Source: an uncultured cyanobacterium (GTDB lineage Bacteria; Cyanobacteriota; Cyanobacteriia; Cyanobacteriales; Nostocaceae). Taken from it: a stretch of 64,000 nt of DNA. Location of the stretch: contig CAVUDP010000002.1 of NCBI GenBank assembly GCA_963740315.1, positions 1 to 64,000 of the forward strand, given 5' to 3'. A program made the translations under genes and the position numbers. Each line of letters opens with the position of its first letter. The stretch's first letter is position 1. Of the stretch, positions 19,860 through 30,885 are shown piece after piece. The notes below the pieces were generated by a model. The model was given only the letters and a program-made list of their open reading frames with translations, did not search any database and was not told the origin of the DNA.

Positions 19860-20267
19860 TTACGCAGCATCACCTAAGCTGACTTTAACAACTTTGTGTT
19901 TTTCAGCTTCAGTTTTAGGTAAAGTCAAATTCAAAATACCATCTTTGTAATCTGCGGTAACGTTGGTATTTTGAATTGCAGGTAGAGGAATTACGCGATG
20001 GAATTTACCATAGTGAAATTCACTTCTAAAAGTACCGTTTTCTTTATTTTCAGTGGCAGCTTTTCTTTCTGCTCTAATAGAAACGGCTTTTTCAGTAACT
20101 TGTATATCTAAGTCTTTAGCTGATATTCCAGGAAGCTCTAATCTTAGATAAACAGCATTTTCATCTACTCGTAATTCTGCTGCGGGTACTTTGACAAAAT
20201 CTCTATCTAGCTGACTTTGTAAAGCGTTCAACTCTTGCCAAGGATTCCAGCTTACTAATGTTGTCAT
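19860..20267 (-). CDS. Small heat-shock protein (Hsp20/alpha-crystallin)
   Basis: LELPGI, SEFHYGKFHRVIPLP, ADYKDGILNLTLPK. Confidence 0.95.
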   Translation of the reverse strand: MTTLVSWNPWQELNALQSQLDRDFVKVPAAELRVDENAVYLRLELPGISAKDLDIQVTEKAVSIRAERKAATENKENGTFRSEFHYGKFHRVIPLPAIQNTNVTADYKDGILNLTLPKTEAEKHKVVKVSLGDAA

Positions 20268-20354
20268 GATTTGGTTCTACCTTTGGAAGGGGAATTTAAT
20301 ATTTATTTATTGCTCTGTTATTTCTTATATTAATCAGATTGAAAATATTGTTAA

Positions 20355-20443
20355 TTCGGTTTTTATGAACAATTAGATGATGAATACCGAACAGTTAGCA
20401 AAAGGTTCGGTTTGTAGGAATAAATTAGTTTCGGTTAACCGAA
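20355..20443. promoter_or_regulatory. Cluster of TTCGGT/ACCGAA (K-box-like) sites upstream of hsp20
   Basis: TTCGGT 20355, ACCGAAC 20386, GTTCGGT 20405, perfect palindrome TTCGGTTAACCGAA 20430-20443. Confidence 0.55.
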
Positions 20444-20646
20444 TTTTTTGAGATTCTTTGTATGTAGTTGCGCTGTACTAGCTTCCGACAAGAAGCGATA
20501 AATCGCTAACTACAAACCTTTTTAATATAAAAATGCTCCGGCATTTCAACTACCAGAGCATTTAAAATTATTCAATTACCATTCACGCGGCAAGCGTTGC
20601 GTACCGTAGGTATTGCGTGCGGGCGTATACCAATTACCAATTCTTG

Positions 20647-23600
20647 TCAACTATTCTTCCGCTCTTTCTGCGAAAATTGCATATGAATGGTTCTCGCTTG
20701 TTCGCTATCTGGTGCGACGGCGGTAATTAAGTAGTTGATCAAGCTTTCGGTGAAGGGAATCCGGAGGTGGAAGGTACCATCCTGCTTCACTTTGATGTTG
20801 TGTCCGTCAATGTTTACGGTTGAACCGGGTTCGGTTGCACCATGAATGATTAATTCTGCATCCGCTTCAAACCAAAAGTCTTTGTGAGGACGACTGAATA
20901 CCCGCACAATTGGCGATCGCGATACTAATAACCAGTTTTTCTCTTTGGTATGATACCCAATTTCAGCTATATAATCTTTGTCTGTATTCGGTATGGCTAC
21001 GTAACGATGACTTACTGTTTCTTCACATTCGTACTGTTGTACTAGTTTGGCTTCTTGATAGCTTAAGTCAATGTTTGTCACGTCATACAGTCGCAATACC
21101 AATTGAGTAGCGCCTTGACTTTGCATTGCTTCGCGATCGCCAGGTGCAATATTCCAAGAAGCATAAGCCCATTTAGGAGTGCGATTTGCTAATAAGATAT
21201 TGCTTTCGCCAGGTACTCCGGTAGCTCCGTGATGGTGGATGCCGTAAATTCTATCCCATGCGGTATCTTCTGGATCTAAGTTTGGCTGGGATGGGGGAAT
21301 ATTAGTATCTGCTTCGGCTTCGTCTGCGATTTTATCTAAAGCTATATCTTCGCCAAAGGATACTTGAGAGGCTGAAGGTTCGCCCTTAGAAAGGTTTTCG
21401 TTAAGTGTTTGAGAACCAAGGCTAAATGCACCAACGGCAGATGCAAGATTATCTGCTGTAGATGATACGCCAAATTGGGCAATTGCTGCTTCCTTAACAG
21501 TTTCTTCGGGGGTGGGATGCGGGTTTGATGGCGTTACCTGTTCTACTTCTGATGCTTGGGTAGTATCGGTTGCCGGAGGTGTATTTTGTGTAAAACTATT
21601 TGAGAACGATTCGCGTTCTAAGTTGCTCGCATCCGATACATTGTCTTGGTATTCGGCGTTCGCTTGTTCTTCTACATCGCTGGTTTCATCCGTGTCATTA
21701 CTATCATCGGATGTATCATCTTCGTCCAAATTTAACAAACCCGAACCGATCGCGGCTCCTGTCACTGCTGCTGCACCACCTAAAGAAAAGGATGATTCTT
21801 CCTCAATAGTTGCTTCTTCTGTTGCTTCTTCTGTTGGTGGAGTTCCCCACAAATCCGAAGGTGAAGTTTGATTCAGTTCTTCTACATTATCTTCAGATAT
21901 ATCGCGATCGCGATTCAAAATCGAATTAGTTGCAGTTGCTTCGGATGTTGGCGGAGTTCCCCATAAATCCGAAGGTGAAGTTTGATTCAGTTCTTCTACG
22001 TTATCTTCAGATATATCGCGATCGCGATTCAAAATCGAATTAGTTGCAGTTGCTTCGGATGTTGGCGGAGTTCCCCATAAATCCGAAGGTGAAGTTTGAT
22101 TCAGTTCTTCTACGTTATCTTCAGATATATCGCGATCGCGATTCAAGATCGAATCAGTTGCAGTTGCTTCGGATGTTGGCGGGTTTCCCACAAATCCGGA
22201 GATGAATCTTGAATAACTTGGGGTTCTTCTACTGAATCTTCTTTTTCTTTGTTGTCTTCATCGGATGTATCATCATTGTCACGATTTAACAAACTCGAAC
22301 CAACTACAGCGGCTCCAACGGCTCCGATGGCGGCGGCTGCACCAGCTAAAGGAAATGAATCATCTTCATCTTGGTCATTTGTTGCAGGTTTAGGTGGAGG
22401 CGTTTCCCAAACATCTGGTAATTGAGCATATTGAGTCGTGGGATTCTCTTTTTGAGACGCTTCGCGATCGCCTGCATCTAATTGCTCCTCGGATATTTCA
22501 TTTGGCTGTACCGAGGAGGGCGCATCTTTAAGTGCTAATTTCGACTTAATTTTCTTCGCACCAGCAGCAGCGGCAAAACTGCCCAGCCAGTTATTAGTAG
22601 AAGCGGATGGTAATTCATCTTGAAAAGAAGCGCCTTCATCTAAATTCTCTTGTGATGATGCATCCGGACTTTCTTGTTCTATTTCTACAGTTGGCGTTGC
22701 TTCATCATCAATTGGAACGGAAATTCGCGGTACGGAATGATAAGAATTGTTAACAACAGCCGCTGGTGCTTCTAAATCCAAGCTCGTATCGGGAATATCC
22801 GTTTGCTCCCAGTTCGAGGCTTCTACGCGATCGTCATCCGGTTGCTGTACTGGTTCAGAATCCGCTGCATCCAAACCTAATTCCGAAATCGGTTCGTTTG
22901 CAGGGTTTTCACGGACATCAGATGTATCTTCTTGATGATTAGATGCGGCTGCAACTCCGGCTACTGCGACTCCTAATGCTCCCAATCCTGGATTGATTCC
23001 GGGTTCTACTGGTGCTGCATTTATTCCCGTGGTAGCTTGATTTGTATTTGGTACGGGTTCTACGGGAGTATCAACAGGTTCAGCTACAGTACCGCTGCCA
23101 GTTGTACTAGGCGTGAAAGGAGGGGGAGAATCTGCTGGTAATACACCGCGAGCAACGGTATCATCTTCTTGAGATTTGCGTCTTCCCAACAACAGCCATA
23201 ATGCTAAAGCACCGATCGCGCTCGCAGCTAATCCAATCCACACTAAAGGAGATATAGTTCCTTTACCAGCGTCTGCTCCAACACCCGCAGTTTCTCCGGG
23301 TAAAAATGCTGTACTACCGTCATCCTTGGCAGATGTATTGGTTGCAGTTTCCACATTTTCTGTTGCCGTAACGTTGTCAGCAGCTTCAGTGGTTGGGATA
23401 GGGGCGACATTACCTGCAACCGCAGCCGCAACCGCCGAGGCTTCTTGTACACGCGCTGCTTCTAAGGCTTCCTGCCCCGGTTTTGCTGTTGCAAAGCCAA
23501 CAAAATTTTGAACTGCTGCTGGGGGATTTTGCTTAAAAACGTAAACCAGCGGTTGGGAATAAGGATATCTGGGGTCATCTGGTAAAGTTTTGTGCATGCT

Positions 23601-24332
23601 CAAAATACGCACGTTATCCAGCTTCGATACCTGATTGGCTAACACGAAGCCGATACCATCATTACCCAACTGCTTCACAACTTCGGCTGGATCGTCGCTA
23701 CCTAATTGAGTAGCATTAGAACCAGTTTGAAAATTACCCCTAAACAGCGGATAGTTGCGAAAAGCTTCGCGAGTATCGCTAATATCGGGACGATCGATAA
23801 CTTTAATTTTACCCGAAGGACCGCCAAGTTCCGACCAATCGGTAATTTCTCCGCGATAAATTTGAGTAAATTGCTGATTGGTTAAATCGCCTTTATAAGG
23901 ATTATCCTTACCAACAATTATGGCAATTTTTTCCCGTCGCAAAGGCTGCTGTTGCAAACCCTGCTGTTCTTCTTCGGGAGTTAAACCGCGTCCAATTGCT
24001 GCAATATCAATTTTACCTTCTTGCAAAGCTTTGATTGCATCATCGGTTCCATTATTCGCAATTTCAACGTCGGTACCGGAATACTCTTTCTCGAAACGCT
24101 CTTTCAACGCTTCATTAGCTTTTGTCATGCTAGCGGAACCATCTATCCGAATTGTAGTTCCTTCAGGTACCGCAGTTGGCAGCGCAAAAGATGGTGTTTC
24201 AGATGGTGATTGCGCTAATACATAGTCCGATTTGAGCAAACTAGTTATGATTGGCGTTGATACCAATACTAATAACAAAGCCAAACGAACTATTGGATTT
24301 CTGTTCTTTTGTGTATGCAACATATGCCCCAT
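20647..24332 (-). CDS. PstS-like binding domain + TM + acidic linker + DUF4912-like domain; frameshift near 22185
   Basis: IRIDGS, NGTDDAI...IDIAAIGR, ITDWSELGG; TM ISPLVWIGL...; C-terminal PKWAYASW/LRLYDVT/IAEIGY and DAELIIHGATEP. The two ORFs overlap at a DLWETP repeat that lacks one base. Confidence 0.8.
21822..22197. repeat. 114-bp (38-aa) intragenic tandem repeat, ~3 copies
   Basis: HIP1 recurs at 21904, 22018 and 22132; peptide SPSDLWGTPPTSEATATNSILNRDRDISEDNVEELNQT. Confidence 0.9.
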
Positions 24333-24909
24333 TTATATAGTAGAGAAAACAACACGATCGCGATTTACTTGCCCTTGCCGCGATCGCCACACATTGTGTT
24401 ATGTTGTTTTTAAGCCGTTAGTTTAGGATTTACATTAATTAGAGATTGGTTGAATCAACTCTACCGTGCTAAGCAACAATTATGAACTAATGCTTATCTT
24501 TTCTTAAAGTATCTAATCTTACTTCTATTTGATAAATTAATACATTGTTTAATCTGTCAGTCGAAGTATTTAAATACTTGATTTTACGGTTATTTCTGAT
24601 AATAAACCCTCAACAATATTAGAGATTTTGACCGTTAGCAATTCTTGACATAAACAAATTTTATACTGGAATTATCACTCGTATTTACTTAAGGTTAAGT
24701 TACCGCAAGCAAGCAAATAATACCAGTCATCCGAACTACAGTCACAATTAATAGGGTTAAATGAAAAGATAATAGCAAATTAGTGGTTTTTTAACAATTT
24801 GAATTTTCTTTTGAGATTTTTTTAATTATAGAATTATAGAATTATAAAAATATATGCATTAAGCACCATGCAATTAAATTGGATTTATGCATATCAATGT
24901 AGAGACGCG

Positions 24910-24930
24910 TTCACGAAGTGTGCCGAAGGC
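24910..24930. repeat. 21-nt SDR nested in a GTAGAGACG REP
   Basis: GTAGAGACGCG|TTCACGAAGTGTGCCGAAGGC|ATTATATCGCGTCTCTAC. Confidence 0.7.
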
Positions 24931-24956
24931 ATTATATCGCGTCTCTACAATGGGTT

Positions 24957-27473
24957 TCAATCTACCTGAGAGAGCCAAGTTTGATTTTGAATTCTTTCGG
25001 CAATGGGATGTATGGTATTTACTTCAGATTCGGATGTATCTTGATGCCACCTTTGCCAGATTTCGGCTGCCAGAATAGAAAAATCACCGCGTACCTGAAA
25101 CCAAGTCGGGCTGTCGGCTCTACTGTATAAATTACAGAGCAAATCTAAAGCTTTTTCTGAGTTATTATTACTCATGGGATTGAGAATATTTTTATTTGAT
25201 TTAATTAACTTTTCTGATTCTGGAAATACCCGGTTCAATCCTTCTTTAATGCTCAGGTGGCTTAGTTTTTCGCTACATCTGGATATATTAAATAACGAGT
25301 CGCAAATTCGCCGATTTAAACTTAAGTATACAGAACCTTTGAGGGCTTGGAGAAAATGTTCTAAAGCCGATACTGGATCATCTTCAAGTAGTAGAAAATA
25401 TTCACCCTGAAGTAAATTAATTTCTGAGATAACTGCTTGACAGAAATTATGACTGTGACCTGTAGTTAAATCGGTTTTAGCAAGTTTATCTGATAAAATT
25501 AAAGCTTGTCGGGATAAATTTTTGTCACCCAATCTTACCCAAACTCTTCCTGCTAAAGCGATCCATCGAGCAACACGCTGAATCAAGCCTATACGTAATG
25601 CGTAGTATGCAGCTTTAAGAAAATTGTCTGCGGCTTGTGACAAAGTAGTTCTATCGTTGGAGACATAAAAATACACTCTGGCGGCATTACCATGAATTTC
25701 TGACAATGATTCATACACATCCAAACCAGCATCTTTATAGCAAGAGTTTGTGTTGATTACCCGTCTAATTTTATTTTTCCATTCCGTTAATTCCAGCCAG
25801 TTATTGACATAATTATCTTGAAAAAAGTCGGAATTGTGTCCGCAAGAAAGCTCGTATAAATAGACTTCCGAACGAATTAAAGCGGAAATCGGCGAAAGCT
25901 CATTTTTATCTACCTGTAATTGAAAACCATCGAGATTATCGAGTGTTGCGGTTAATTCTTTAATTAAAGATTTGGCATTAGTGGTATTGCCTTGAAAAAT
26001 TGATAATCTCAATTCCAATCGTTTAGCTAAACAGTAGCAGCGGTAGAAATTCAGACGATAGGTAAAGTAAATATCTGAAGTCGGAATCTCATCTAAATGT
26101 TTTTTCGCTGACTCAGCAATTTGTTTAATTTCCGATAGCTGGCATCCTGCATCTAAAAATTGAAAATTGTGGAATGCTTTTCTAACTATAGTCAGTCGCT
26201 TTCTCAACTGCGAAAGATTTTTGCAAGCCGATATATATGTTGCACTATTTAGCTCGCTGCTTTGACTTTTATCGGCAAACCATTGTTTCACAGCGCAAAC
26301 AATTGCTTGTAACATGACGATCGTTGAGTCTCTATCAACCCAAATACCTTGATATTGCTGTTTTTCGCCTAAAATTACCGTCGTTTCAACTAAAGAATGA
26401 ATATTGCTATCAAGACTATTCGTAGATATCGTTAATAAAGTATCCTCCTTCAAACCCAAATTTAAAGTACAAGCACTAATGGCGTTTTGCACCATCGTGT
26501 TGCTGGATGTATATATCCACTCCAAAAGTTCGCAATTATCTTCATCCAAGCCAAAACTACAGGTAGCGATCGCCATGATTACGGGTTGAAGAGACTCTAA
26601 AATTCGAGATTCTGGGGCTTTTTTGGGGGATAATCCGGGGGTTCCCAGTTTTTTCTCCGCATCATAAGCAATCTTTGATAAATGCTCGTAAATATTGCTG
26701 TATTCGTCTGTATAGTCAATCGAGCGAGATAAAGTCTGAAATTCCAGCTTTTTAATTCTGGCATGGAACGAATCATTTTTCATTCTCTCCTTAATCAAGA
26801 TACTCAGAAAAAGTGCGATCGCTTCTTTACGGCTAAATTTCTTTTTACCGGCATTATCAAAATTATTTTGAGCGGCTTCGAGCTTTTTAATCACCTCCAT
26901 CTTTAATTTTAAACCCAATGTCGGATGAGGCTCCCCAAGTTTTTTAATCAATGCATTTAAAGCGTCGCCATCCAAAGGCGGATTATCAAACAGTTTTGTA
27001 CTCGCAATAGTTAACTTGTTGCTAGCAACAGTCAAAAACTCCTGGGTTGTAGAAAGCAAATCCTCAAATTCCAACAACTCAAGCAATGCAACTATCTGAG
27101 CAATTTGAAAAAATCTTTCTGGGGTGACGCGGATACTTTCAGTTTTATCGGGTAAAAAACCAGCAGACTCTAAAAGTTCGTCAGCACCGATTTCTCCCAA
27201 TTTCTCTCTTAATAAAACCGAATTATCCTCAACATCATCTTTGTTTAATTTTCTTTTAGAAGGTCTGCGACTGTTCAAATCTTCACACAGTTTGACTAAA
27301 CCTTCACTACTGACGGGCAAAGATTCCTTTTTTCTACTCAGAAAATCGATCACCAACGGACGGCTAACACCCATCCCCTTAGATAATTCTACCTGTGTCG
27401 CTCCCATCTCGTCCAAAAAGAACATCAGCATTTTCCGCAGCTTTTCCTGATCTTTAATCTTCTCTTTACCCAT
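24957..27473 (-). CDS. Large hypothetical protein with N-terminal XRE-like HTH and helical/TPR-like C-terminus
   Basis: GATQVELSKGMGVSRPLVIDFL HTH pattern; C-terminal AADNFLKAAYYA...ALAGRVWVRLGD and LLQGEYFL...ALEHFLQAL helical repeats. Confidence 0.7.
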   Translation of the reverse strand: MGKEKIKDQEKLRKMLMFFLDEMGATQVELSKGMGVSRPLVIDFLSRKKESLPVSSEGLVKLCEDLNSRRPSKRKLNKDDVEDNSVLLREKLGEIGADELLESAGFLPDKTESIRVTPERFFQIAQIVALLELLEFEDLLSTTQEFLTVASNKLTIASTKLFDNPPLDGDALNALIKKLGEPHPTLGLKLKMEVIKKLEAAQNNFDNAGKKKFSRKEAIALFLSILIKERMKNDSFHARIKKLEFQTLSRSIDYTDEYSNIYEHLSKIAYDAEKKLGTPGLSPKKAPESRILESLQPVIMAIATCSFGLDEDNCELLEWIYTSSNTMVQNAISACTLNLGLKEDTLLTISTNSLDSNIHSLVETTVILGEKQQYQGIWVDRDSTIVMLQAIVCAVKQWFADKSQSSELNSATYISACKNLSQLRKRLTIVRKAFHNFQFLDAGCQLSEIKQIAESAKKHLDEIPTSDIYFTYRLNFYRCYCLAKRLELRLSIFQGNTTNAKSLIKELTATLDNLDGFQLQVDKNELSPISALIRSEVYLYELSCGHNSDFFQDNYVNNWLELTEWKNKIRRVINTNSCYKDAGLDVYESLSEIHGNAARVYFYVSNDRTTLSQAADNFLKAAYYALRIGLIQRVARWIALAGRVWVRLGDKNLSRQALILSDKLAKTDLTTGHSHNFCQAVISEINLLQGEYFLLLEDDPVSALEHFLQALKGSVYLSLNRRICDSLFNISRCSEKLSHLSIKEGLNRVFPESEKLIKSNKNILNPMSNNNSEKALDLLCNLYSRADSPTWFQVRGDFSILAAEIWQRWHQDTSESEVNTIHPIAERIQNQTWLSQVD

Positions 27474-27743
27474 GCTGTTTGACTCCTCCTGTCAATTTTC
27501 TTTTAATGTAAATCAAATTTACTATTTTTATATATATATCCACGCAAATACACAAATCGAGACATAAGGATGAATATTCCCCGGCATAATTACCCGACAA
27601 AGCTTCTTTTCTGAGCAACTTGGCAAAATATCTATCTTCCGATGTAGTCTAAATTAACAGGAAAAAGCGTGTTAAGCCGTATTTTGTATCACTAGCTACT
27701 TTATTGCGGTGTATAATGTATGTATTATTTACACAATAAGATA

Positions 27744-27768
27744 ATTTACACCTATAATAGGTATAAAT
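27744..27768. promoter_or_regulatory. Palindromic operator overlapping a TATAAT box
   Basis: ATTTACACCTAT-A-ATAGGTATAAAT (12-bp arms, one mismatch); TATAAT at 27753-27758; extra ATTTACAC at 27727. Confidence 0.55.
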
Positions 27769-27828
27769 CATGATTCTCTAACAGTTGAGCGAATACCACA
27801 ATTAAACCAGTCTCACGGAGAACTAAAA

Positions 27829-28179
27829 ATGACCTTCCCACAATTGCAACAATTTTTAGAAACAGCACAACCGATGAGGATGTATCTGGATATAGGGGAC
27901 AATTCCAAGACATCACCTCTAACTATTGAGAAACGTCCAGATACACTAGTGCTACCCGTAGTTTTTTCTCACATGAGCTTCTTATTAATACAAGCATTAT
28001 GTGAAACAGGGCATGGAGAATTCCGCATTAGTAGCGAAAAAAAGAACCATGAAATAGCGGTTTATTTAGGTAGTCATATCAAATACCGTTATTTTTTAAA
28101 TAGACACCAAATAGAGCCAATTAAAACTGCATATCATCAAGTTACCGATACTTGGAATCAGTGGCATTTATCTGAATAG
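27829..28179 (+). CDS. Hypothetical protein (116 aa)
   Basis: GGAG RBS upstream of ATG; divergent from the HTH gene. Confidence 0.7.
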   Translation: MTFPQLQQFLETAQPMRMYLDIGDNSKTSPLTIEKRPDTLVLPVVFSHMSFLLIQALCETGHGEFRISSEKKNHEIAVYLGSHIKYRYFLNRHQIEPIKTAYHQVTDTWNQWHLSE

Positions 28180-28232
28180 TCGATTGATTTTTGATTTAAT
28201 TAAAAATGGATTAGCTTATTTAAGTTAAAAGC

Positions 28233-28286
28233 TAAAATCTAAAATCTAAAATCTAAAATCTAAAATCCAAAATCCGAAATCCGAAA
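28233..28286. repeat. STRR heptamer (AAAATCT/AAAATCC)n
   Basis: Direct tandem copies; also at ~54415-54447 and inside gcvP. Confidence 0.85.
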
Positions 28287-28416
28287 TTAAATAGGGCTTT
28301 AGATAAACTAGAAGTTTACATAAGCCGGTGAAGTGTCATAGCGCTTCCCGGCTTTTTGATTAGCTAGATTCGATTCAATCTTCCCCTTAAAATCATGTAA
28401 TCCGGAGTGTAAACCA

Positions 28417-28644
28417 ATGACAACTAACAAATTTAATCTTTTATTCAGATTAATTGTAAAAGCTCTTAAATACTTTGTATTAATAGTAATTGGATTCATA
28501 TTCGCCGCTTGTTTATCAAATATTCTTGGTACTTGGCAGATAACCGTTAACCTTTTTCCGATAGTATTTGAAATTCTCTGGCGCTTTGGAATCGTCTTAC
28601 TTGGCTTAGCTGGAGCAGCAATAATTATCGAATCTTTCCGATAA
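28417..28644 (+). CDS. Small membrane protein
   Basis: 75 aa, two hydrophobic segments, GGAG upstream. Confidence 0.6.
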   Translation: MTTNKFNLLFRLIVKALKYFVLIVIGFIFAACLSNILGTWQITVNLFPIVFEILWRFGIVLLGLAGAAIIIESFR

Positions 28645-28829
28645 AAACAGGTTCGTAGTAAGGGCATTGGTTCCCCTCCACGCAGGTTCGTAGTAAGGGC
28701 ATTGGTTCCCTTCCACGCGACGTAACAAATCATCGGATAGGAGAGTTAAAACTCTTACTACGAAATCCGGAAGGGCTGAAGCCCCTACTACGAACCTTTG
28801 TGATTTCGATCGCAAACCCGATACCGAAA

Positions 28830-30701
28830 TCACCCAACTTCTACCAACACTTTCTTACTGCAATACTCCACCTTTTCATAAACCCCAATGATACTTTCAC
28901 CAACTTCAAAAAATAACCCTTCTGCCTCATCCTTTGAAAAATGCAGATTGGGATATTTCGCAGCAAGCGCGATCGCACTTATTGCTTTTCCTTCCATGCG
29001 ATCGGGTAAAAGTCCGGTGGAGCCGATGTAAAATACCAAAGGTGAAATTCTATCTCGATAAATCTTCTCTACGTATTCTTCTAATTTGATTTTCGCTGCG
29101 GTTAATGCTGCAATTTTTTCTTGTTTTTCTATTTTCGTAGTGCGAGCATCTTGCTCGCTAGAGATTCCCTTAACTTTTCCCAAAATCCCCGCAACCTTCC
29201 CATTACTTACAATTCCCAAAAAATCATCAAAAATCGGCTTCATCAATTCATCAACTTTAGTAATTTTCATCCTCGAAGAAAGCGACTTTTGACGAACAGC
29301 AATATTTTCTCGCAAAGTCATTTCTAAACTAGGTTTACTGAAAATCTCCCCGGTTTCAATATCGTAAACCTCATACCTTCTTTCTAAGAATTTATTAGCA
29401 GAATATAGTTTACTCAAGTTGAGAATATCCTTACTACCGATATCGATTTTATAGCTAATTCGCGTATCAATTGCACCTTCAGCTTTAATTGTAGGAAAAT
29501 TGAGATAAAGATGCTCGGATAAATAATGTTTTTTCAATTCATCCAACTGTTCGGGTATAAAATTATCCGATTCTTGCTTTAAATACGCGGAAACAATACT
29601 GGCAAGGATTTTTACTTCTGCAATTTGATTAAATAAACCATCAATTTTGCTGTATTTCCCATCCAAGGGTACTAATGGTAAATCCAAATCAACTGTATGG
29701 CGATCGCGAAAGTCAAATGTTTCTGCATCAATTACGCCGAGTTGTTTCAATACATCAAAGGTTTTCTTGCTGCTAATTTTACAATAAAGCGATTTTAAAT
29801 TTACCTCGCCGTCGCTAACTATTGTATAGTTGTTGTAGCTAGTTAAATCGTTAGCTAATAATCCCGCAATTTCAATAATAGGGGTTTCATCTTCTGCTTT
29901 CACAAGTTTTACTTTACGAGTTACAAGCATATTTATGGTAGCAGTGTTGCGGTTCATTTCAAAGCAACCCATACCCACATATTCTCCATCATCGATATAT
30001 TCTGTCTTCAGCCAAGGTTTAACTAAATTGCCGTTTGCATCTCTACTTCCTGGCAACCTTTGAACGCTTTTATATTGATAATTTTCCCGCAGGTGCTTCA
30101 AGTTAATGATGATGCTATGCCGATGTTTCTCTAAAATATGAATCAGTTCTAACAAGGAAATTTTATCGCTTTTTTGCATAGGATTAAAATCCGATTCACC
30201 GATTATTTCAGAGTCAAATATTGCCGAATCAATATCAACCTCAAAACTCGCCAGTTGTTGATTTGTCAGTGATTTGGCGTGTCTTGCTATTAAAGTAGCG
30301 TTGCCAGTACTGTTTAAAGTATATTTCGCAAAGTTCAAATTACCTTCGACTAAATAAGCCTTTGCAAAAGCATAAACCGATTGATGATTTTGCCCCACGG
30401 GTATTTCTAACTGGTTATATGTCTCTTTGCTAATTTGCTTGTATTTATAGATAATTCCTGTATCTTCTGGTTGCAAATCATCAATTTTTAATATTCCTGC
30501 CGTACAGTTAATTTTATTCGCGCTTTCAGATAGAAAAACTTGATAGCTATAATCAATCGCTAAAGGCTCTTCTATTTTTATCCCAGAATTTGTGATAATT
30601 TTAAAACTATCCAAATTCAACTTATCTACAATATAATAAGCTTTCTCTTCCCCCAATAAATTGTAAACAGTAAACTTAATCTTATTCTCAGTAATTTTCA
30701 T
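28830..30701 (-). CDS. Conserved hypothetical protein (resembles the C-terminal region of cyanobacterial vWA-domain proteins)
   Basis: Long ORF from ATG 30701 with GAAGGA RBS; NRNTATINML, YSANKFLER and SPLVFYIGSTGLLPD motifs. Confidence 0.65.
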   Translation of the reverse strand: MKITENKIKFTVYNLLGEEKAYYIVDKLNLDSFKIITNSGIKIEEPLAIDYSYQVFLSESANKINCTAGILKIDDLQPEDTGIIYKYKQISKETYNQLEIPVGQNHQSVYAFAKAYLVEGNLNFAKYTLNSTGNATLIARHAKSLTNQQLASFEVDIDSAIFDSEIIGESDFNPMQKSDKISLLELIHILEKHRHSIIINLKHLRENYQYKSVQRLPGSRDANGNLVKPWLKTEYIDDGEYVGMGCFEMNRNTATINMLVTRKVKLVKAEDETPIIEIAGLLANDLTSYNNYTIVSDGEVNLKSLYCKISSKKTFDVLKQLGVIDAETFDFRDRHTVDLDLPLVPLDGKYSKIDGLFNQIAEVKILASIVSAYLKQESDNFIPEQLDELKKHYLSEHLYLNFPTIKAEGAIDTRISYKIDIGSKDILNLSKLYSANKFLERRYEVYDIETGEIFSKPSLEMTLRENIAVRQKSLSSRMKITKVDELMKPIFDDFLGIVSNGKVAGILGKVKGISSEQDARTTKIEKQEKIAALTAAKIKLEEYVEKIYRDRISPLVFYIGSTGLLPDRMEGKAISAIALAAKYPNLHFSKDEAEGLFFEVGESIIGVYEKVEYCSKKVLVEVG

Positions 30702-30885
30702 TTTGATACTTTCCTTCGATATTACAAGAAGACGGATTTTCAAAAATACTAAATATTAATTCAGCTTAGTTAGTTCAGAATTCTGTTTTTCAAGTCTGCT
30801 GTAGTTATAAGATTCTATTTATGCAGACAATGTAGATTATTTTTATACCAGCACGCCTTACCAGCTATATCCTTCCCATACTTAT

